Source of the DNA: a bacterium
GTDB taxonomy: Bacteria; Zhuqueibacterota; Zhuqueibacteria; Oceanimicrobiales; Oceanimicrobiaceae
Reading direction: 5' to 3'
DNA: 13,248 nt
NCBI GenBank assembly: GCA_046757025.1
Contig: JBHHXN010000147.1
Coordinates: 1-13,248 of the forward strand
In this document: positions 8,081 to 13,248 of the stretch, one piece after another
Layout of the letters: every line of letters starts with the position of its first letter
Position numbering within the stretch: the stretch's first letter is position 1
Made by a program: the position numbers and the translations under genes
The notes under the pieces: generated by a model
What the model saw: only the letters and a program-made list of their open reading frames with translations
The model's database searches: none
Told to the model about the DNA's origin: nothing

Positions 8081-8226
8081 GTGTCCATCCGTAATCGCAT
8101 TCCCGAATGCTCCCTGCTTAAAACATACAGGGACAAGCTTGTCGGGAATCTCATGCCTAACTGACCAATGGGTTCCCGCTTAAAGATTGCGGGAATGACA
8201 AAAAAAGGTTCTTTACGGATGGACAC
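8081..8226. mobile_element. 146 bp MITE-like non-autonomous element
   Basis: Perfect 14 bp terminal inverted repeats GTGTCCATCCGTAA (8081-8094) / TTACGGATGGACAC (8213-8226). Direct repeat TATTTA flanks both sides (8075-8080, 8227-8232). No ORF; internal palindromes. Confidence 0.8.
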
Positions 8227-8387
8227 TATTTAGATTACGCTTAAGGGTCCGCAATTACCCAAAAATGTTTTATTTCAACAACAAAAGCTTTTTTTTTAAA
8301 CAACATCTTTATTTTGCCAAAACTTGACATTATAGTATTACCACGAACTTTTACATTTTTATGCAAAATATCCCCAAAGCCTTATGA

Positions 8388-8511
8388 AAAATTCAAAATG
8401 CAAAGTGAAAAATGCAAATTTCAAAATTCAAAGCTGATAGTTTTTCTTATCCCCCCCCTTTTTATAAATTAATTTTGCATATTGCAATTTCAAATTTTCA
8501 ATTTGCATTTG
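8388..8511. repeat. Inverted arrays of AT-rich heptamers
   Basis: aaaattc-aaaatgc-aaagtga-aaaatgc-aaatttc-aaaattc (8388-8429), a spacer, then taatttt-gcatatt-gcaattt-caaattt-tcaattt-gcatttg (8470-8511), approximately the reverse complement. Confidence 0.7.
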
Positions 8512-8592
8512 CGGCTTCGCCACGTTATGAGTTTTGTTATTTCTCTGGTAAATTGACTTATTTCAAAATTGCAAAATAATTCATACTAATCA

Positions 8593-8610
8593 ATACCATG
8601 TACATGGGAT
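8593..8610. promoter_or_regulatory. Candidate response-regulator box upstream of the secreted operon
   Basis: ATACCAT-gtac-ATGGGAT; arms differ by one base from the perfect palindrome at 9349-9366. A further half-site ATGGGAA at 8624-8630. Confidence 0.6.
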
Positions 8611-8684
8611 ATTTTATTAATGTATGGGAACAGTGTGGAGTAACTATTTCTGAGGTAAGGTTAAGAAAAATCAGTTATAAAAAT

Positions 8685-9314
8685 TCAAATCTCACCCCGA
8701 AGGGATTTGCTGATAACCTCAGCTTTGCAGTGGACATGCAGTTTTTTGTAGATGTTTTTAATGTGGGTGCGGACGGTTTCTATGGAGATGAACATGCGAT
8801 CGGCGATCATTTTATAACTCAAACCATCGACCAGTCCAATTACAATCTCTCTTTCTTTGTCGGTCAGGGGAGATTCAGAATTTTTAGACTTTTGTGGTTG
8901 GAAATACTCGATGACTTTGCGGGCAATTTGCGGCGTCATTGGAGCACCGCCAGCATATAAAACTTCTATTGCTTGTTTGATTTCCGCAAAAGGCCTGTTT
9001 TTTAATAGATACCCTGAAGCACCAGCACAAAGGGATTGGAATATTTTATGGGAATCATCATAGATGGTGAGCATGATAATGTCGATATCTGGAAATTTCT
9101 CCTTGATCAATTTGATGCCATCAATTCCAGACATTCCAGGCAAGCCTATATCCATGAGGATAACATCAGGAAAATTATCTTCATTGATTTTGACAATAAA
9201 TTTTTCTACAGAACCTTCAACCAGTTCACACAAAAATTCTTGTTGGTCATTTAAATATCCCTGAATGGCCTGGCACACCTCGTGGTCATCTTCTATTATC
9301 GCGACATTTATCAT
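8685..9314 (-). CDS. NarL/FixJ (LuxR-type HTH) response regulator
   Basis: REC domain IIEDD, DVILMDIGLPGMSG, IMLT, GASGYLLK. HTH LTDKEREIV...GLSYKMIADRMFISIETVRTHIKNIYKKLHV. Confidence 0.95.
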   Translation of the reverse strand: MINVAIIEDDHEVCQAIQGYLNDQQEFLCELVEGSVEKFIVKINEDNFPDVILMDIGLPGMSGIDGIKLIKEKFPDIDIIMLTIYDDSHKIFQSLCAGASGYLLKNRPFAEIKQAIEVLYAGGAPMTPQIARKVIEYFQPQKSKNSESPLTDKEREIVIGLVDGLSYKMIADRMFISIETVRTHIKNIYKKLHVHCKAEVISKSLRGEI

Positions 9315-9320
9315 GGTACA

Positions 9321-9349
9321 ATTATATCACATTTTTTGACAAGTGTAAA
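9321..9349 (-). promoter_or_regulatory. sigma70-type promoter of the response regulator (probably leaderless transcript)
   Basis: Minus strand TTTACA (9349-9344), 17 nt spacer, TATAAT (9326-9321) with extended TGn. Only 6 nt to ATG 9314, and no SD. Confidence 0.7.
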
Positions 9350-9366
9350 TCCCATGAATATGGGAT
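9349..9366. promoter_or_regulatory. Perfect 7-4-7 palindrome, candidate autoregulatory box
   Basis: ATCCCAT-gaat-ATGGGAT overlapping the first base of the -35 element. Confidence 0.65.
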
Positions 9367-9473
9367 AAATTGAGAATTCATCAACTGCTGATGCCATTTA
9401 TAAACCCAAATTAATGGCTTCCTGCTTTAAAAACTGCGGGAGAGACGACGGGGTGAATTGTTACGAAACTTTT

Positions 9474-12400
9474 TTACACCGCTTTCATTTTTAGAATCAC
9501 TTTTGTTTCGTCCTGGTGTGAAATTACTAAATCCGCTCTGAGCCGTTTTGCTCGCATGCGCATATTCTTCAATCCATTACCTACTCGTATTTTGCTTTCA
9601 TCAAATCCTTTTCCGTCGTCTGAAATCGTCAAATAAAATTCACTACCTTTATTATTTAAATGAATATGAACGTTTTTTGCAGACGAATGCCGGGCGATGT
9701 TATTAATGGTTTCTTTGAAAATCAAATATAAATTTTGTCGAATACCTGCGGGCAGGATTTTGGCACAATCCAGTCCATCTGATTGAAAAGTTACTTTGAT
9801 CTGTTTTGGTGAAAGCGTATTCATTGCAAAATCACGCATTCGATCGAGCAGGTCACCAATCGTATCGTTTCGGGAATCAATGGACCAGACGATATCGCTC
9901 ATGGTCGTGACAATCTCACGACTCATCTCGCCAATTTTTTTGGCAGAAGATAAGATTTTACTGTTCTCATTCGTTGTCTGTATGATTTCCGAATGTACAG
10001 CAATCTTTGTCAGAGTTGACCCGATGTCATCATGCAAATCACTAGCTAAGCGTGTGCGGATTCGCTCCAATTCCAGACGTCGAGATATCCGATAATTATG
10101 GAAAAGAATGATAGTACCTGCAATGGCAGCAAATAATAAGATTTGAAACCACCAGGTTTGCCAAAATGGTGGTGTGATTATGATTTTGATCGCAGTCCCG
10201 GTTTCATTCCAAACCCCATCATTATTTGAAGCCTTTACACGAAATATGTATTTCCCTGGATCAAGATTGGTGTAGGTAGCAAAACGCCGTGTTTCTGAAT
10301 AATACCAATCTTCATCGAAACCTTCCATTTTATATGCATACTCATTCTTCTCCGGACTATTATAATCCAACGCTGCAAACTCGAAGGAAAAAACATCATC
10401 TTTATAGGAAAGCACAATTTCATCAGTTTCAGAAATATGTTTTATTAAAGGTGTACTGCCGTCGGGAGAAATTTTTATGGTTTTGTTGGCGATTTGGAAA
10501 TCGGTAATTACTACAGGAGGGATAGTCGGATTATCTTCAATACTATCGGGATAAAAACTATTAAAACCATTAACACCCCCGAAGAACATCTCTCCGTTGC
10601 GACTATTAAAAAAGGCACCTCGATTGAATTCATTGCTTTGTAATCCGTCATACACATCATAATTTCGAAATGTTTTTGATTTCGGATTAAATTTTGACAC
10701 TCCTTTTTTCGTGCTCAGCCAAAGATTTCCGCTCGCATCCTCAAGGATACCGCAAATATTGTCATTGGGCAGTCCATCTTTTTCAGTATATCTATTAAAT
10801 CTCCTAGTTTTCGGATCGAATCGATTGAGTCCTCCTTCAGTACCAACCCAGATGGTTTCGGAGTTGTCTTCAAAAATACACTGCACAAAATTATTACTCA
10901 AACTTGTAGAATCATCGGGATTGTTTATCCAATGTGTAACTGTACCGGTTTCTCGATTGAATAAATTTATCCCACCGCCGCCGGTACCCAACCAGAGCCT
11001 TCCGGCTTGATCTTCATAAAAGCAACGAACATCGTTATTATTGAGTCCCTCACGTTTTCCAGCTTCATGGACAAAATGATTAAACATTACTTTTTTTTTG
11101 CCATCCCAAATCATTTGATTCAACCCGCCTGCATGCGTCCCTATCCACAAAACACTGCTACTATCGGTTGTATCTTCAAAAAAAGATAGGACATACTTTT
11201 GATTTAAACCTTTCCCGAAAACAGTGTGGATGCCGTAGGCGTAAGGCCAGGGGACGAACTTTTTCGTTTTCCGATCAAATTGAAGGAATTTACCGCCATA
11301 GGTTCCAAGCCAGAGTATCTTATATGAATCTTCAAAAATGGCGATGATGTTGTTGACTTGTGGATAATATATGTCTATGCCCAACCCCTCAATGTCTCCG
11401 CGTTGGCTAATCCAATGTTTAAATTTGCCGGTCTCGCGATCGAATTGATTTAATCCACCGCCGTAAGTTCCGATCCAAATAGCGCCGGATTCGTCTTCAT
11501 ATATAGCTCTGACATCATTATTGCTTAAACTACTGGAGTCACCAGTAACATATAGCCAATGCAAAAATCTATTCTCGGCGCCACGATTACGCCCAACCTT
11601 ACAAACGCCTCCGCCAGAAGTGCCAATCCAAAGAACACCGGCTCTATCTTCAAAAATGGTAGTGACTTCATTATCACTTAAACTGCTTGGTTTACCAGGT
11701 TCCGTCAACCATTGCGTAAAGATTGCTGTTTCTGGATTAAAACAATTGAGGCCGCCTCCATCCGTTGCAATCCAGAGCAGGCCTGAATTATCTACATATA
11801 GAGAATTGAGATAATTATTACTCAAACTTAATGGATTGTCTGATTCGTTTAACCAGTGGGTGAAGGTTTCTTTTTGCAAGTCGAATCGATTGAGACCGCC
11901 GCCATGTGTTCCCAGCCAGAGTACTTTTCTATATATATTCGCACTGTCCTCAGAAGATCGATTTGCACATATGGCATTTATCCAATCATTGCTCAAACTA
12001 TTGGGATTTCGAGGATCATGAATCCAATGTTTAAAGGTTTCTGTTTGAGGATCAAACCTGACCAGACCACCCCCTTCCGGTCCTAGCCAGAGCACATCAG
12101 ATTGGTCTGCATAAATACAAGCTATTGCATTGGATCTTACACTGTCAGGATTTTCGGGACCGTGGCGCCAATGTGTGAATTTTGTGGTTTCTGAATGCTG
12201 TTCTATGGTCGTTGAATCGGTACTTAATATGAGTCGGTTCAGCCCGCCGCCCTCCGTTCCGATCCAGAGCACATTTTTGTTGTACGGATCAACCAATAAA
12301 GATAATACATAATCGTCACTTAAACTGTAAGGATCGTTTTCTCGATGTCTGAAGGTGTTAAAAGAATCTGTTTCGCGATTAAAGCGTGCCAGACCGCCGC

Positions 12401-12731
12401 CGTAAGTACCAATCCACAGCGCACCAGATGTATCTTCAACAATTGCTCGAATTTCATTTCTGCTCAGACTCTTCGGATTATTGGAGTCATGTTTATAAGT
12501 CGTAAAGCGGTAGCCATCATATTTACTCAGTCCAGCATTTGTACCAAACCACATAAATCCTTTACTATCCTGAAAGATGCAATTAACAATACTTGGAGAT
12601 AAACCCTGATCATGGGTGAGGCGTTCAAATTTGAGCTTGAGGTTCTGGGCTATTCCCAAGCTGCTAAAAGAAAATAGTAAACAAACAGAAAGAAAGATTA
12701 TGCTCATTGAACGAATCAATTTTATTTGCAT
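9474..12731 (-). CDS. Sensor histidine kinase: Reg_prop beta-propellers, Y_Y_Y, TM, HisKA_3, HATPase
   Basis: Many LWIGTxGGGL / SLSxNxV repeats. Y_Y_Y: YAYKMEGFDEDW...YTNLDPGKYIFRVKASNNDG. TM WWFQILLFAAIAGTIILF. H-box RLASDLHDDIG, N-box ETINNIARHS, DDGKGF, GNGLKNMRMRA. Confidence 0.95.
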   Translation of the reverse strand: MQIKLIRSMSIIFLSVCLLFSFSSLGIAQNLKLKFERLTHDQGLSPSIVNCIFQDSKGFMWFGTNAGLSKYDGYRFTTYKHDSNNPKSLSRNEIRAIVEDTSGALWIGTYGGGLARFNRETDSFNTFRHRENDPYSLSDDYVLSLLVDPYNKNVLWIGTEGGGLNRLILSTDSTTIEQHSETTKFTHWRHGPENPDSVRSNAIACIYADQSDVLWLGPEGGGLVRFDPQTETFKHWIHDPRNPNSLSNDWINAICANRSSEDSANIYRKVLWLGTHGGGLNRFDLQKETFTHWLNESDNPLSLSNNYLNSLYVDNSGLLWIATDGGGLNCFNPETAIFTQWLTEPGKPSSLSDNEVTTIFEDRAGVLWIGTSGGGVCKVGRNRGAENRFLHWLYVTGDSSSLSNNDVRAIYEDESGAIWIGTYGGGLNQFDRETGKFKHWISQRGDIEGLGIDIYYPQVNNIIAIFEDSYKILWLGTYGGKFLQFDRKTKKFVPWPYAYGIHTVFGKGLNQKYVLSFFEDTTDSSSVLWIGTHAGGLNQMIWDGKKKVMFNHFVHEAGKREGLNNNDVRCFYEDQAGRLWLGTGGGGINLFNRETGTVTHWINNPDDSTSLSNNFVQCIFEDNSETIWVGTEGGLNRFDPKTRRFNRYTEKDGLPNDNICGILEDASGNLWLSTKKGVSKFNPKSKTFRNYDVYDGLQSNEFNRGAFFNSRNGEMFFGGVNGFNSFYPDSIEDNPTIPPVVITDFQIANKTIKISPDGSTPLIKHISETDEIVLSYKDDVFSFEFAALDYNSPEKNEYAYKMEGFDEDWYYSETRRFATYTNLDPGKYIFRVKASNNDGVWNETGTAIKIIITPPFWQTWWFQILLFAAIAGTIILFHNYRISRRLELERIRTRLASDLHDDIGSTLTKIAVHSEIIQTTNENSKILSSAKKIGEMSREIVTTMSDIVWSIDSRNDTIGDLLDRMRDFAMNTLSPKQIKVTFQSDGLDCAKILPAGIRQNLYLIFKETINNIARHSSAKNVHIHLNNKGSEFYLTISDDGKGFDESKIRVGNGLKNMRMRAKRLRADLVISHQDETKVILKMKAV

Positions 12732-12895
12732 AAGTTTTGAGAATATTGAAAGTTTCCTAATTACTTAATTAAAAGTACCTTAAGTTTCAAGGAAAAAATA
12801 AAAAGGGGGAAACAATCATGTTTTTTCTTTTATTGGAATTATGGTTTTGAAAAAAAGTGAGGGTCTTCAATCAAGTACTACAAAATTGCATAATT

Positions 12896-12926
12896 TATGA
12901 CCGTCATCTCAGAGATGACGGTCATA
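12896..12926. terminator. Perfect 15 bp inverted repeat (terminator or REP-like element)
   Basis: TATGACCGTCATCTC-a-GAGATGACGGTCATA, 21 nt downstream of the stop at 12948. No clean U-tract on the minus strand. Confidence 0.55.
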
Positions 12927-12947
12927 TAAATAAATTGCCATTTGTCA

Positions 12948-13248
12948 CTATTTCAAAAACATCATTTTGCGTGTTGCCGTAAACTCACCAACATGCACCG
13001 TGTAAAAATAAAGTCCGGAGGAAAGCCACTCGCCCTGATTATTTTTTCCATCCCACAGCACTGAATAAACACCCGGAGCTTTGTCCTCATCCATTAAAGT
13101 GCGCATAATTTGTCCCTTGATGTTATAAATTTTCAAGCTGACCTTCACTCCACCGATATATTTCCTGGGCACTGTGAAGTTAATTGTTGTGGTTGGATTA
13201 AACGGATTGGGATAATTCTGGGACAGCGTAAAGGTTTCTGGTGCTGCG
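12948..13248 (-). CDS. C-terminus of a T9SS type A sorting / FlgD-Ig domain protein (5' truncated)
   Basis: Frame is open to the window edge: AAPETFTLSQNYPNPFNPTTTINFTVP...VSLKIYNIKGQIMRTL...GVYSVLWDGKNNQGEWLSSGLYFY...TRKMMFLK*. Confidence 0.9.
   Translation of the reverse strand, partial: AAPETFTLSQNYPNPFNPTTTINFTVPRKYIGGVKVSLKIYNIKGQIMRTLMDEDKAPGVYSVLWDGKNNQGEWLSSGLYFYTVHVGEFTATRKMMFLK

Noticed and set aside
8324..8334. TTGACA (plus, 8324-8329) and TATAAT (minus, 8334-8329) as promoters
   Set aside because: Neither has a well-spaced partner element, so not called; the minus-strand -10 remains possible.
11091..11099. T9 tract in the kinase as a phase-variation site (also C8 at 8451-8458)
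   Set aside because: It is an in-frame Lys-Lys-Lys run in AT-rich DNA; no evidence of slippage.
10700..12600. Recurring DNA motifs such as ccgccgcc...atcca
   Set aside because: They encode the LWIGTxGGGL propeller repeats of the kinase; not a CRISPR array.
60..12602. Many short plus-strand and alternate-frame ORFs (e.g. 3923..4495, 5191..5604, 8598..8960)
   Set aside because: They overlap well-supported minus-strand genes and have no recognisable motifs; shadow ORFs.

Overview
All credible genes are on the minus strand. The window looks like an FCB-group bacterium, possibly KSB1/Calditrichota-like (inferred from an NYPNPFNP T9SS/FlgD-type C-terminal domain together with Shine-Dalgarno sites and a sigma70-type promoter). 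In transcription order it holds: the 3' end of a T9SS-tagged protein; a beta-propeller/Y_Y_Y HisKA_3 sensor kinase; a NarL/LuxR response regulator; an AT-rich spacer with a MITE and heptamer repeats; then a more GC-rich operon of six signal-peptide proteins. These six are a fibre-like protein with a peptidase-G2-like autochaperone, two repeats of a [beta-propeller-like paralogue + hydrolase] pair (sphingomyelinase-like EEP enzyme; M6 metalloprotease), and a cohesin/dockerin protein missing from the ORF track. The four middle proteins all carry the same stand-alone ~65 aa DUF1565-like module ending in IGN/IGK. One palindromic box occurs upstream of both the regulator and the operon. Together this suggests a regulated, modular, surface-assembled fibre/enzyme system, which is a hypothesis. 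All domain calls come from reading motifs by eye; no database search was run.
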